DNA from: Dehalococcoidia bacterium
GTDB taxonomy: Bacteria > Chloroflexota > Dehalococcoidia > Tepidiformales > Tepidiformaceae
Reading direction: 5' to 3'
NCBI GenBank assembly: GCA_022826585.1
Contig: JAJDUR010000078.1
Coordinates: 16,583 to 80,582 of the forward strand
Length of the DNA stretch: 64,000 nucleotides
This document shows, piece after piece, positions 25,951 through 35,741 of this stretch; the first letter of the stretch is position 1; every line of letters begins with the position of its first letter. The notes beneath the pieces are model-generated. The model was given only the letters and a program-made list of their open reading frames with translations, searched no databases and was not told the DNA's origin. Made by a program: the position numbers and the translations under genes.

Positions 25951-27002
25951 TGGCGAGGCAGCGCGTGGCGGTCATCTTCGGCGGGCGCTCGGGTGAGCAC
26001 GAGGTGAGCCTGCGCAGCGCCCGCAGCGTGATGGGCGCGCTCGACACCGAGCGCTGGGAGGTCGCGCCCATCGGGGTGACCCGTTCCGGCGCGTGGCTCT
26101 CGGTCGGGGAGACGAAGGCGGCGCTGGCGGCGGGGGCGGAAGCCTTCGACGAGGGAGGAGCCGCGCTCGCGACGGACGGAGCGCTGGCCGAACTGGGCGC
26201 CTGCGACGTGGCCTTCCCGCTGGTCCACGGAACCTACGGCGAGGACGGCTGCCTGCAGGGACTGCTGGAGATGACCGGCATCCCCTACGCAGGCGCGGGC
26301 GTGGCGGCGAGCGGGGTGGGGATGGACAAGGCGCTGCAGAAGGCGTTGTTCAGGGAGGCCGGGATCCCCGTTGCGCGTTATGTCGTTCTCAGGCGCCCGG
26401 AAGTCGAAGGGGACGGCGACGAGGCACGGCGCTTCGTCGAGGACGAGGTCGGGTACCCCTGCTTCACGAAACCCGCGAACGGCGGGTCCAGCATCGGCAT
26501 CACGCGGGCCGCCTCGCGGGAGGACCTGGGAGGCGCCTTTGCCGCAGCCCTGGCGCACGACGAGAAGGTGGTGGTGGAGCAGGCGGTGGATGGACGAGAG
26601 ATCGAGTGCTCCATGCTCGGGAACGAAGCGCCGGAGGCGGCGGGGGTCGTGGGCGAGATCGAGCCGGACCGGGAGTTCTACGACTACGACAGCAAATACG
26701 CCGCCGACTCGGGGACGACCCTCCATGTGCCCGCACGCATCGAGGCGGACACATCCGAGCGGGTGCGCGAGCTCGCGCGGCGGATGTACCTGGCGATGGG
26801 CTGCGAGGGCTACGCGCGCGTGGACTTCTTCGTGGGGGCGGACGGGACGGCCACCGGTAGCGAAGTGAACACGATCCCGGGGTTCACCAGCATCAGCATG
26901 TTCCCGCGGCTGTGGGAGGCGAGCGGACTCCCCTATCGGGAGCTGCTCACGCGCATCCTCGACCTTGCCCTGGAGCGGGGGGAACGGGGGGCGGCGCGAT
27001 GA
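25950..27002 (+). CDS. ddl: D-alanine--D-alanine ligase
   Basis: 350 aa counted from ATG 25950. ATP-grasp fold with motifs FGGRSGEHEVSL and EVNTIPGFT. Confidence 0.95.
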   Translation: MARQRVAVIFGGRSGEHEVSLRSARSVMGALDTERWEVAPIGVTRSGAWLSVGETKAALAAGAEAFDEGGAALATDGALAELGACDVAFPLVHGTYGEDGCLQGLLEMTGIPYAGAGVAASGVGMDKALQKALFREAGIPVARYVVLRRPEVEGDGDEARRFVEDEVGYPCFTKPANGGSSIGITRAASREDLGGAFAAALAHDEKVVVEQAVDGREIECSMLGNEAPEAAGVVGEIEPDREFYDYDSKYAADSGTTLHVPARIEADTSERVRELARRMYLAMGCEGYARVDFFVGADGTATGSEVNTIPGFTSISMFPRLWEASGLPYRELLTRILDLALERGERGAAR

Positions 27003-27901
27003 TCAGGCGACACGACAAGCCGAAGCCCCGGCAGGAACCCAAACGTAACCGGGTCGTGCGCCGCAACCGGCCCTCGCCGGGGGACGCCCCGGTCCGGGCC
27101 TCGCGATCCTCCGCCCAGGGGAACGAGAAGCGGGCCGTGGGCCAGCGCGAACTGCGGCTGGGCACGCACCTGTCGGCACTCGGCCGGCGAGGGAGCTCGT
27201 GGCTGCGGGCGCGCTGGCTCCCGCTGGCGGCGGCGGCGGTGCTGCTGGCGGTGGTGGGTGCGGGCGCCTGGGCGTGGCACACGCCGACGCTGCGGGTGCG
27301 GGAGGTGGAGGTGTCGGGAACGATCTCGACCAGCGAGCGCGACATCCTCGAACGGGTCGACTTCTGGGGTGAGCGCATGTTCACGGTGAATCTGAGCCGT
27401 GCGGAGAGCGCGATCGCGGAGTTGCCCCTCGTCGCATCGGTCGAGATCGAACGAGCGTGGCCGGGGACGGTGCGGATCACGGTGCGCGAGCGCGAGCCGT
27501 GGGGGTCATGGGAGCAGGCAGGGGTGCGCTACACCATCGACCGGGAGGGTTTCGTGCTGGGCCACCGAGCCCCACCGGAAGGCTCGACGACGATCGTGAG
27601 CAACGAGTCGTACTCGCTGCGGTCGGGCGACCGGGTGGACTACCACGCGGTGGACGCGGCTGCGGAGATCACCAGCCAGATCGAGAAGGCGCTGGGCACG
27701 TGGGCGGTAGAGCTCACGTACTCGCCCGGCGAAGGCATTCGCGTTCGCACGGCGGACGGGCAGACGGCGTTGCTCGGGGATTCGAGCGGCATCGCCTACA
27801 AGCTCGCCGTCTGGGCGCGAGTGGCGGAGGAAGCCACGGCCCGGAACATCACCTACTCAACCATCGACCTGCGGTTCGGGGACAGGCCCGTGCTGCGGTG
27901 A
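26999..27901 (+). CDS. ftsQ: cell-division protein FtsQ/DivIB
   Basis: 300 aa counted from ATG 26999. Has a basic N-terminus, a single TM (LPLAAAAVLLAVVGAGAWAW) and a POTRA-like region (VREVEVSG). Canonical position between ddl and ftsA. Confidence 0.8.
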   Translation: MIRRHDKPKPRQEPKRNRVVRRNRPSPGDAPVRASRSSAQGNEKRAVGQRELRLGTHLSALGRRGSSWLRARWLPLAAAAVLLAVVGAGAWAWHTPTLRVREVEVSGTISTSERDILERVDFWGERMFTVNLSRAESAIAELPLVASVEIERAWPGTVRITVREREPWGSWEQAGVRYTIDREGFVLGHRAPPEGSTTIVSNESYSLRSGDRVDYHAVDAAAEITSQIEKALGTWAVELTYSPGEGIRVRTADGQTALLGDSSGIAYKLAVWARVAEEATARNITYSTIDLRFGDRPVLR

Positions 27902-27923
27902 AGAACGTCAACGAGGGGACATC

Positions 27924-29165
27924 ATGAAGCGAAGCAACGCCATAGCAGCCATCGACATCGGCTCCACCAAGGTCACGGCGCTTGTGGCCGACGTGAACGA
28001 GTACGGGCAGGCGCGCGTGCTCGGCGTCGGCGTGGCGCCGGCGGCCGGCCTATCACGCGGGGTGATCGACAACATCCAGTCGGCCCGCGAGGCAGTCGGC
28101 ACGGCGGTGGAGAAGGCCGAGCAGTCGTGCGGGATGCGGATCCTGAGCGGTGTCGTGGCGATCCACGGCAGCCACCTGAACTCGCAGAACAACCGCGGGA
28201 TTGTGGCCATCACCGACCGCTCGGAGCCGATCACGACGGACGACCGGGAGCGCGCCGTGGAGGTGGCGGGGCAGATCAGCATCCCCACCAACCGGCAGGT
28301 CGTGCACGTGATCCCGCGCGGGTACTGGATCGAGGGTACGGACCCGGTCTCGGACCCGGTGGGGATGTACGGCGCCCGCCTGGACGCGGAGACGCACATC
28401 GTCACCGCGGCGGTCTCGGCCGTGCAGAACCTGACGAAGTGCGTCGAGGACGCGGGCGTGCAGGTCGACGAGATCGTGCTCGGCTCGCTCGCCGCGGCGA
28501 CGGGCTCGCTGACGACGGAGGAGCGCGCCCAGGGCGTCGCGGCCGTCGACATCGGGGGCAGCACGACCTCGATCTGCGTGTACGACGAAAACGCCGTCGC
28601 CCACACGGCGACGCTGGCGCTCGGAGGAGCGCACCTGACACAGGACCTCGCGCGGCTGCTGCGCTGTCCCTGGGAGAGCGCGGAGCGGCTGAAGTGCGAG
28701 CACGGCTCGGCGCTGACGGGCGAGGAAGTCGGCAGCGTGGAGGTAGAGGTGCGGGCCTTCGGCACGAACTCGCGCAAGCGCGTCTCGGCTGGCCACGTGG
28801 CCGAGATCCTGCAGGCGCGAACGGAGGAGATTCTCGAGATGGTAGCCATCGAGCTGAAGCGCGCGGGCTACCTGGACCGGCTCGCGGCCGGGCTCGTGCT
28901 GACGGGAGGCACGAGCCAGCTGCGAGGCATCGACGAGCTCGCCGAGCAGCGGCTCGACCTGCCCGCCCGCGTGGGCGGGCCGCGCGGCTGCACGGGGCTG
29001 ACGGACCTGATCGCGACTCCCGCCTACGCAACCGTAGTGGGACTCGCCAAGCACGCCCTGCGCGGGACGGCTGCCCAGCAGCCCGCGGGGGCCCGAAGAG
29101 ACGTCCAGGAAGCAGGCTTCTTCAGGCGCATTGCCGCGTTTGGGCGAGCCTTCATCCCCCAGTAA
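27924..29165 (+). CDS. ftsA: cell-division protein FtsA
   Basis: 413-aa actin-like ATPase with motifs AIDIGSTKV, VDIGGSTT and LTGGTSQLRG. Confidence 0.95.
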   Translation: MKRSNAIAAIDIGSTKVTALVADVNEYGQARVLGVGVAPAAGLSRGVIDNIQSAREAVGTAVEKAEQSCGMRILSGVVAIHGSHLNSQNNRGIVAITDRSEPITTDDRERAVEVAGQISIPTNRQVVHVIPRGYWIEGTDPVSDPVGMYGARLDAETHIVTAAVSAVQNLTKCVEDAGVQVDEIVLGSLAAATGSLTTEERAQGVAAVDIGGSTTSICVYDENAVAHTATLALGGAHLTQDLARLLRCPWESAERLKCEHGSALTGEEVGSVEVEVRAFGTNSRKRVSAGHVAEILQARTEEILEMVAIELKRAGYLDRLAAGLVLTGGTSQLRGIDELAEQRLDLPARVGGPRGCTGLTDLIATPAYATVVGLAKHALRGTAAQQPAGARRDVQEAGFFRRIAAFGRAFIPQ

Positions 29166-29262
29166 CCGAGAACACCCCCAGAACCAAGGAGGGCTATCCC
29201 GAGACGCTACCGGCCAGAACCGACAACCAATCCGCCAACACCCCACAGACGGAGGAAGAACG

Positions 29263-30399
29263 TTGAGTTACACAGTCGACAGGGAACTACTGCCAGACAT
29301 CAAGGTCATCGGAGTGGGCGGCGGCGGCGGCAACGCCGTCAACCGCATGGTGCACGCCAACATCCCGGGCGTGACCTTCGTGGCCGTCAACACCGATGCC
29401 CAGGCGCTGGCCACTTCGGATGCGGAGATGCGCCTGCGCATCGGCGAGAAGCTGACGAAGGGCCTGGGCGTCGGGGGCGACCCGACCCGCGGCGAGCGCG
29501 CCGCGGAGGAGAGCCGGGCCGAACTGGAAGAGCTGCTGAACGGCGCCGAGATGGTGTTCGTGGCCGCCGGCATGGGCGGCGGCACGGGCACCGGGGCGGC
29601 GCCCGTGGTGGCCGAAGTGGCGCGCGAAGTGGGCGCCCTCACCATCGGCACGGTCACGACGCCGTTCGCGTGGGAGGGCATGGCCCGCACGCGCGCGGCC
29701 CGGGGCGGCATGGACAAGCTGCGCGAGAAGGTGGACACGCTCATCTCGATCCCCAACTCGCGGCTGCTCGAGAGCTGCCCGGACGACTACACCATGGAAG
29801 AAGCGTTCGAGATGGCGGACGACGTGCTTCGGCAGGCGATCCAGGCGATCTCGAACATCATCAGCCAGAACGGCGCGATCAACCTCGATTTCAACGACGT
29901 GCGCACGGTGATGAGCGAGGCGGGCCCGGCCCTTCTCGCCATCGGCGACGCCTCGGGAGAGAACCGCGCCGCGGAGGCGGCGAAGAAAGCAACGTCGAGC
30001 CCGCTCCTCGATCAGACGATCAACGGGGCGACGAACGTGCTCTTCAACGTCACCCACGACGGCAACCTGAAGCTGCGGGAGCTGGACATCGCCGCGCGCG
30101 TGATCGCGGAGGTGGTGGACAGCACGGCCAACATCATCTTCGGCACCGTGATCGACCCGTCCGTCGGGGAGTCGGTGCACATGACGGTGATCGCCACGGG
30201 GTTCTCGGAAACGCAGGCCCCGACGGTGGGGCTGACGCAGAGCCGGGAGAGCAAGCCGCGGGCCGTGCCCCTGGAGCTGCCCGGCCTTTCGAATGAGGAG
30301 GACGCTGAACTACCAGCGTTTCTTCGGCGCAACATCCGTTCCATGAACGAGATCAGCGCCAACGGCGATCGGGAAGCAAGGATGGCTGAAAGGAGGTAG
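29263..30399 (+). CDS. ftsZ: cell-division GTPase FtsZ (TTG start inferred)
   Basis: Motifs GVGGGGGNAV and the tubulin signature GMGGGTGTGAAPV. The first in-frame ATG lies downstream of the G-box. TTG 29263 sits 7 nt after GGAGGA. Confidence 0.93.
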   Translation: MSYTVDRELLPDIKVIGVGGGGGNAVNRMVHANIPGVTFVAVNTDAQALATSDAEMRLRIGEKLTKGLGVGGDPTRGERAAEESRAELEELLNGAEMVFVAAGMGGGTGTGAAPVVAEVAREVGALTIGTVTTPFAWEGMARTRAARGGMDKLREKVDTLISIPNSRLLESCPDDYTMEEAFEMADDVLRQAIQAISNIISQNGAINLDFNDVRTVMSEAGPALLAIGDASGENRAAEAAKKATSSPLLDQTINGATNVLFNVTHDGNLKLRELDIAARVIAEVVDSTANIIFGTVIDPSVGESVHMTVIATGFSETQAPTVGLTQSRESKPRAVPLELPGLSNEEDAELPAFLRRNIRSMNEISANGDREARMAERR

Positions 30400-30452
30400 C
30401 CGCCAAAACCGAGCGCACGGTTGAGTCCGGCAGGACTGCTTCTCGACCAGAC

Positions 30453-30500
30453 GGGCGGGACCTGGAGCCTTGGGAGATGGCGACAGGTCCCGTCCCTTTC
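30453..30500. terminator. weak candidate intrinsic terminator between convergent ftsZ and the hydrolase gene
   Basis: A 12-bp GC-rich stem pairs 30453-30464 with 30484-30495 (one G-U pair). The loop is 19 nt and is followed only by CTTTCT. Confidence 0.3.
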
Positions 30501-30579
30501 TGTGAGCTATGCGCCGGCCACCCCGCCGGCGGCACCTCTCCTTTCAGCCTGAACGTCACCGTAGCACAACGGTGAGGGG

Positions 30580-31332
30580 TTACGCATCACCGTCGCCGGG
30601 CCCGGAAGGCCACTCGACGGTGCGGCCGCTTTCCATCGGCTCGCCCAGGAGGCGGGCTTCGATCCAGGACGAGACGAGCGCATCGAGCGCGTCGGCGACG
30701 GTCCCGAGCGAGTGGCCGGCATCGCCGTAGAGAACCAGTTGCTTGGGGTCCATCGCGCGGCGGTAGATGTCCTCGCTGGCCTCGGAATCGAGCACCTCGT
30801 CGGCGCTGCCGTGGACAAGCAGGAGGGGGCGGGCGAGCTCCTCGACCTGGCGCGTGCCGTAGAGCTGGGGCGACAGCGAAGCGACGGCGCGGACGAGGGG
30901 ATGGAGGGCGCCGGCCTTGACGACCACGGCCCCGCCGAAGCTGTGCCCGACGAGGACGGCGTCGGTGGCGCCGATGCCCTTGAGGAAGGAGCAGCCGGCG
31001 AGAATGTCGAGCACGCACTCCTCGAAGACGTTGGGCTGGCGGTAGTCGAGGCGGAGGACGCTCACGTTGGCGGGCACAAGGAGGCCGGGGAGGCGGGCGA
31101 AGAGGCCATCGGCGGGCCCATCGAGGCCGCCCATGGCGCCGCCCGCGCAGATAACAGCCCCGGAGCCGCCCTGCACCGGGTGGAAGACGCCCGGGATCTC
31201 GCCACGGCTCGTCTGCAGGACGACAGCGAGGCTCTCCGGGCTGGGACCGGGGGCGGCGGTGACGTTTCGCAGACTGAGCGTCAGGTCTTCAGGCTCGGGA
31301 TTGGGGGGCTCGGTCACGCGCGCACGATACAA
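30580..31332 (-). CDS. alpha/beta-fold hydrolase (dienelactone-hydrolase-like)
   Basis: About 245-250 aa. Nucleophile elbow GHSFGG, with Asp (HGSADEV) and His (GDAGHS) triad candidates. The start is TTG 31332 or GTG 31317. Confidence 0.75.
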   Translation of the reverse strand: MYRARVTEPPNPEPEDLTLSLRNVTAAPGPSPESLAVVLQTSRGEIPGVFHPVQGGSGAVICAGGAMGGLDGPADGLFARLPGLLVPANVSVLRLDYRQPNVFEECVLDILAGCSFLKGIGATDAVLVGHSFGGAVVVKAGALHPLVRAVASLSPQLYGTRQVEELARPLLLVHGSADEVLDSEASEDIYRRAMDPKQLVLYGDAGHSLGTVADALDALVSSWIEARLLGEPMESGRTVEWPSGPGDGDA

Positions 31333-31352
31333 CCCTCGCGCGGGCGGACGGG

Positions 31353-31772
31353 TCAGGTCAGCCAGGCGTCGTCGGGGAGGGGGTCGCGGGGCACATCCTC
31401 GTGGGCGTTCACCATGTGATGGGCGAGGGGCTCGAGGCGCCCCCAGATGGCCTCGAACTCGTCGCCGGTCACGCCCTGCGATTCAAGGGCGGCGCGCATG
31501 TGCGTCAGCCAGGACCGGGCGTGGTGTTCGGCAATGACGAAGGGGAAGTGGCGGCGGCGGAGGCGGGGGTGGCCGTAGCGCTCGGAATAGCGGGGCTCGC
31601 CCCCGAGCCACTGCTCGAAGAAGAGGGCGAGCTTCTCTCGGCTGGGGGCGAGGTCGTCGGGGTAGACGGCGCGCAGGGGGGCGTCGGCGGCGACGGCGTC
31701 GTAGAAGGCCTCGACGATGGCGTCGACCGTCTCGCGGCCGCCGACCCGTTCGAAAGGGGTCTCGCCGCTCAC
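31353..31772 (-). CDS. glbO: group II truncated haemoglobin (trHbO-like)
   Basis: 139 aa counted from GTG 31772. Motifs FERVGG, YPDDL, FFEQWLGGEPRYSERYGHPRLRRRHFPFVI. GTGA overlap with the ABC-2 permease stop. Confidence 0.85.
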   Translation of the reverse strand: MSGETPFERVGGRETVDAIVEAFYDAVAADAPLRAVYPDDLAPSREKLALFFEQWLGGEPRYSERYGHPRLRRRHFPFVIAEHHARSWLTHMRAALESQGVTGDEFEAIWGRLEPLAHHMVNAHEDVPRDPLPDDAWLT

Positions 31773-32530
31773 GAGGTCCGCCAGCGAAGCGCGAGGAAGG
31801 TGAGGGTAAAGGAGGCGGCGCCGAAACCAAGGGTAGCGGCAGCGCCCCACAGTATGTCGAGGCCGTTCCAGCCTTCGATGATGAGGGAGCGCTGCGCCTC
31901 GAGCACGTAGGTGATGGGATTGATGGTGGCGAGCACCTCGAGCCAGTCGGCGAAGACGTCCTTGGGGGCGAACGCGGTGGAGAGGAAGATGAGGGGGAAG
32001 AGGAGGAGGCCGCCCGCGGCAGCCGCCTGGGGGCTGCCCGTGCGGAGGGCGATCGCGGCGTTGAAGCCGGAGTAGGCCATGCCGAAGCCGAACGACCCCA
32101 CAAGCAGCACGAGCAGGCCCGGGACGCCCGTATCGAACCCGGTTCCGAAGACGAGGCCCACGCCAACGATGAAGGCGGTGATGGCGACGGTGCGGACGCC
32201 GTCGGCGGCGATGCGCCCGAAGACGATGGCGGAGCGGGGCGCGGGCGTGAGGAGGAGCTTGTCGAAATAGCCGCGCTGGATGTCGGTGATGGTGCCAAGG
32301 CCGGCGCTCGCGGAGATGCTGGAGGCGGCGGCGAGGATGGCGACCGGCACCTGGAAGCCCGTGAAGTTGTCGATGCCGAAGGCGTCGGCCGCGATGGAGC
32401 CGATCGAGCCGACGGTGACGGCAAAGAAGAAGAGGGGGATGAGGACGTTGCCGGCTTCCTGGGCGGGATTGCGAACGGCCTCGCGCAGGGAGCGCAGGGT
32501 GAGGAAGTAGACGGTGGCGATCGATTGCAT
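31769..32530 (-). CDS. ABC-2-type exporter permease
   Basis: 253 aa with 6 predicted TM segments and typical ABC-2 membrane topology. Overlaps the upstream ATPase stop by 1 nt. Confidence 0.85.
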   Translation of the reverse strand: MQSIATVYFLTLRSLREAVRNPAQEAGNVLIPLFFFAVTVGSIGSIAADAFGIDNFTGFQVPVAILAAASSISASAGLGTITDIQRGYFDKLLLTPAPRSAIVFGRIAADGVRTVAITAFIVGVGLVFGTGFDTGVPGLLVLLVGSFGFGMAYSGFNAAIALRTGSPQAAAAGGLLLFPLIFLSTAFAPKDVFADWLEVLATINPITYVLEAQRSLIIEGWNGLDILWGAAATLGFGAASFTLTFLALRWRTS

Positions 32531-33504
32531 CAGGCGGCGCCCCCTTCCGCGGCCTGCGGCTCCTCCACCTGGAGGTGGTGGCCGGTCGCCTCCAGAAAGA
32601 CGTCGTCGAGGCTGGGGCGAGAGATGGCGACATCTCCCACCTCGATGCCGGCCTCGTCGAGGGCCAGGACCAGACGGGCAACGGCGCGGGCTCCGTCGGG
32701 CACGTAGACAACAGCCGCGCCGTCGACGACCTGGACGCGTTCGACGCCGGCGACGGCTGCGGCGACCTCGGCGGCGCGGTCGAGGGCATCGGCGGCGGGG
32801 ACCTGGACGGTGACGACATCGGTACCGATGCGGGCTTTCATCTCGGCGGGGGAGCCGCGGGCGATGATGCGGCCCGCGTCGATGATGGCGAGGTCGTGGG
32901 CGAGGCGGTCGGCCTCTTCGAGGTACTGGGTGGTGAGGAAGATGGTGATGCCGTCGTCGGCGCTGAGCTGCGTCACGTAGCGCCAGATCGCTTCCCGGCT
33001 GATCGGGTCGAGGCCGGTGGTGGGCTCGTCGAGGAAGAGGATGCCGGGACCGTGGACGAGGGCCGCGGCGAGGTCCAGGCGCCGCTTCATGCCGCCCGAG
33101 TAGGTGCCGATGGCGCGGTCGGCGGCGTCCACGAGGTCGACGACGCCGAGCAGTTCGTCCACGCGCCGGCGGCGGGCGGCTCCGCCCATGCCGAAGAGGC
33201 GCGCCTGGAGGGTGAGCAACTCGCGGCCGGTCTGGATGTCATCAAGGCCGGCCTCCTGGAGGGCGACGCCGATCCGCCTGCGGACGGCGCGGGCATCGCT
33301 GCGGATGTCGAGCCCGTCGACGCGCGCATTGCCGGCGGTGGGGCGCAGCAGCGTCGTGAGCATGCGGATGGTCGTCGTCTTGCCCGAGCCGTTCTGGCCG
33401 AGGAAGCCGAAGATGGTCCCCGGCGCGATGTCAAGGTCGATGCCGTCGACGGCGCGCACCTCGTCGAAGTGCTTCACCAATCCCTCGGCCCAGATGGCGC
33501 TCAT
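32530..33504 (-). CDS. ABC transporter ATP-binding protein (DrrA-like)
   Basis: 324 aa with Walker [10 protein letters not shown], signature YSGGMKRRL and Walker [13 protein letters not shown]. Confidence 0.93.
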   Translation of the reverse strand: MSAIWAEGLVKHFDEVRAVDGIDLDIAPGTIFGFLGQNGSGKTTTIRMLTTLLRPTAGNARVDGLDIRSDARAVRRRIGVALQEAGLDDIQTGRELLTLQARLFGMGGAARRRRVDELLGVVDLVDAADRAIGTYSGGMKRRLDLAAALVHGPGILFLDEPTTGLDPISREAIWRYVTQLSADDGITIFLTTQYLEEADRLAHDLAIIDAGRIIARGSPAEMKARIGTDVVTVQVPAADALDRAAEVAAAVAGVERVQVVDGAAVVYVPDGARAVARLVLALDEAGIEVGDVAISRPSLDDVFLEATGHHLQVEEPQAAEGGAA

Positions 33505-33549
33505 CGGTTCGAGCGTAGAGGATGCTTGCGTTTCAGAACAATAGGGGGG

Positions 33550-34242
33550 TTATGTCTGGTCTCTCGCCACGGCGCAGCGAGCGCTCGCGACGAGCGTGGC
33601 GAGAAGGTCGAGGTCGTCGCTGTTGACCCCGCTGGCCCCGGCGCCGAGGACGCGCTCCACGTCAGCAGTCGTGTTCACGGGCCAGACGTAGGTGGCGACG
33701 CCCCGCCCGGCGAGCTCGCTCATGAGGGCGGGCTCCACGAGGGTGATGTGCATGGAGAGGGCATGGAAGCGCTCCCCGAGGGCGGGCATGAGCTCGCCGA
33801 GCTCGTGGGGCCAGGCGGCAGAGGGGATGAGGCGCACGTGGTCGCGTCCCTCGAACGGCTCCAGCAACCACCACTCGCGGGTCGTGACGGCGTAGGGCGC
33901 GCCGGGCAAGCGCTGCTCGAAGGTGCCGGCGACCGCCTCGGAGAGGGCAAGGGTCTCGGACTTGAGGTCGACCATGAGCTGGAGCTCGGGGCCGGCGGTC
34001 TCGATGACGGCGCCGAGACCCAGTCGGGGGCCCCAGCCGGGCGAGAGGCGCCACCGTTCGCGCAGGAGGGGGAGAGGGCCGACGGTCTTCGCGTGGCGTA
34101 CCTCGACGCGCCCGCGGTGGAGCCAGACATCGAGCTCGGCGAGATCGGCGCCGATGGCGCGGGCTCGATCGAGGCGGGCGAGGTCGTTGCCGGCCCGGTG
34201 GGCGATCGCGACCGGGCGATCGTTCTGCGAGGAACAGCTCAC
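33550..34242 (-). CDS. glycerophosphodiester phosphodiesterase-family protein
   Basis: 230 aa with AIAHRAGN and ELDVWLHRGRVEVRH GDPD-like motifs. Confidence 0.65.
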   Translation of the reverse strand: MSCSSQNDRPVAIAHRAGNDLARLDRARAIGADLAELDVWLHRGRVEVRHAKTVGPLPLLRERWRLSPGWGPRLGLGAVIETAGPELQLMVDLKSETLALSEAVAGTFEQRLPGAPYAVTTREWWLLEPFEGRDHVRLIPSAAWPHELGELMPALGERFHALSMHITLVEPALMSELAGRGVATYVWPVNTTADVERVLGAGASGVNSDDLDLLATLVASARCAVARDQT

Positions 34243-34643
34243 GAAGGAGGACCGCCTCGCTGGAGCAGGTACTGGACGTCAGGCGGGATGGGGATGCCCC
34301 GGCCGGTGACGGTATCGAGCCAGGCCCAGGCATGGACAAAGGTCGCGACAGGCGTTCCCCGCTCCGTGGAGCGCACGGCGAACTCCTGCTCGAAGCCGCG
34401 GTCGTCGGCGCTCGTGGTCGTCACCTCGATGGTGGCGCCTTCGCGCCAGGCGAGGGGCGCGTGGTAGACGGCGCGGGTCTCGCGCTGGACGGCGACGACG
34501 TGGCCGGGCTTGGAGACACCGCAGTGCTCCTCGAAGGCGGCGTAGGCCAGTTCGGTGAGCGCGAGGAGCACGCCCGCGTGGACGAAGCCGGTGTCGGTGA
34601 ACGTGTCGGTGTGCCGCGTGGGGTAGGAGATGGAGAAGGCCAC
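34239..34643 (-). CDS. hotdog-fold thioesterase-like protein
   Basis: 134 aa. The size and pattern (GFVHAGVLLALTELA...) fit a 4HBT-type thioesterase. Has a 4-nt overlap with the GDPD gene. Confidence 0.55.
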   Translation of the reverse strand: MAFSISYPTRHTDTFTDTGFVHAGVLLALTELAYAAFEEHCGVSKPGHVVAVQRETRAVYHAPLAWREGATIEVTTTSADDRGFEQEFAVRSTERGTPVATFVHAWAWLDTVTGRGIPIPPDVQYLLQRGGPPS

Positions 34644-34683
34644 GGCCCGATCGTGGGAGTCACGGGCGCGAGAGGCAAGCGGC

Positions 34684-35148
34684 TCAGAAGATCGCGGCGT
34701 CCACGCCCCAGACCTGGCCGGCGCCGGTCACGAAGAGAACGACAGCGATGAGGATCATCATCAGGTTCTGTCCCTGTTCGCCCTGGTCCTTCAAACCGGC
34801 GAGGAGCAGGTAGTTCAGGTTGAGGAAGGCGGCAAGGATGAGGCCGGCGAACGTGAGGATGCCGAAGGTGATGCTGACCCCGGCAGCGAACTCCCCGAGG
34901 ACGACCATCCACGAGGTGATGACCCACGTGCGTTCGCTGCGCAGGGCCGTGGCCTTGAGGATGCCGGCAAAGGCAGGAATGGGATGGTCCTCGACAAGGC
35001 CCTCGACCCAGCCGCGCGAGTCGCCACGGAGGAAGCCGCGCAGGTCCTTGTGGCGCACGCTCTCCAGCCACCAGAGCCCGAGCCCGATGCGAAGGATGGC
35101 GAGCCATTCCTCCTTGGTGAGCCAGTCGAAGATGTCGAGCGGTTCCAT
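34684..35148 (-). CDS. DoxX-like integral membrane protein
   Basis: 154 aa with about 4 TM segments. The RIGLGLWWL pattern resembles the DoxX/DoxD family. Confidence 0.5.
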   Translation of the reverse strand: MEPLDIFDWLTKEEWLAILRIGLGLWWLESVRHKDLRGFLRGDSRGWVEGLVEDHPIPAFAGILKATALRSERTWVITSWMVVLGEFAAGVSITFGILTFAGLILAAFLNLNYLLLAGLKDQGEQGQNLMMILIAVVLFVTGAGQVWGVDAAIF

Positions 35149-35198
35149 CGGCGAGCGATTCTAGCGCCCCTGAGGCGGCCTCGCGCTACGATCGGGGC

Positions 35199-35741
35199 AT
35201 GGCCGACGAGCCCCGCCCCCCGCTGATCTGGATCGACATGGAGATGACGGGGCTCGACGTCGAGCGCCACCACGTGCTCGAGGTGGCGGCGATCGTGACG
35301 GACGGGGACCTGGAGGAAGTCGACGACGGGCTCGATCTTGTCGTTCACCAGCCGGAAGAGGTGCTCGCGCTGATGGACGAGTGGTGCGTGAAGCAGCACG
35401 GCCAGTCGGGACTGACGGCGGCGGTGCGGGAGTCGCGGGTGGGCCTGGCGGAGGCGGAGGCGCTGCTTCTGGAGTACCTGCGGAAGCGAACATCGGAAGG
35501 GCAGTCTCCCCTGTGCGGGAACTCCGTGAGTCACGACCGGCGCTTCATCGAGCGGTGGATGCCGGAGGTGGCGCAGCACCTGCACTACCGAACGATCGAC
35601 GTCTCGACGGTGAAGGAGCTGGCGCTGCGCTGGTACCCGAACCTGGAGCGCTTCCCGAAAGGGGAGGCGCACCGGGCCCTCGACGACATCCGCGAGTCGA
35701 TCGCGGAGATGCGGTACTACCGGGAGCGAGTCTTTCGCTAG
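35199..35741 (+). CDS. orn: oligoribonuclease
   Basis: 180 aa with DEDDh motifs WIDMEMTGLD, CGNSVSHDRRF and HRALDDIRESI. Confidence 0.93.
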   Translation: MADEPRPPLIWIDMEMTGLDVERHHVLEVAAIVTDGDLEEVDDGLDLVVHQPEEVLALMDEWCVKQHGQSGLTAAVRESRVGLAEAEALLLEYLRKRTSEGQSPLCGNSVSHDRRFIERWMPEVAQHLHYRTIDVSTVKELALRWYPNLERFPKGEAHRALDDIRESIAEMRYYRERVFR

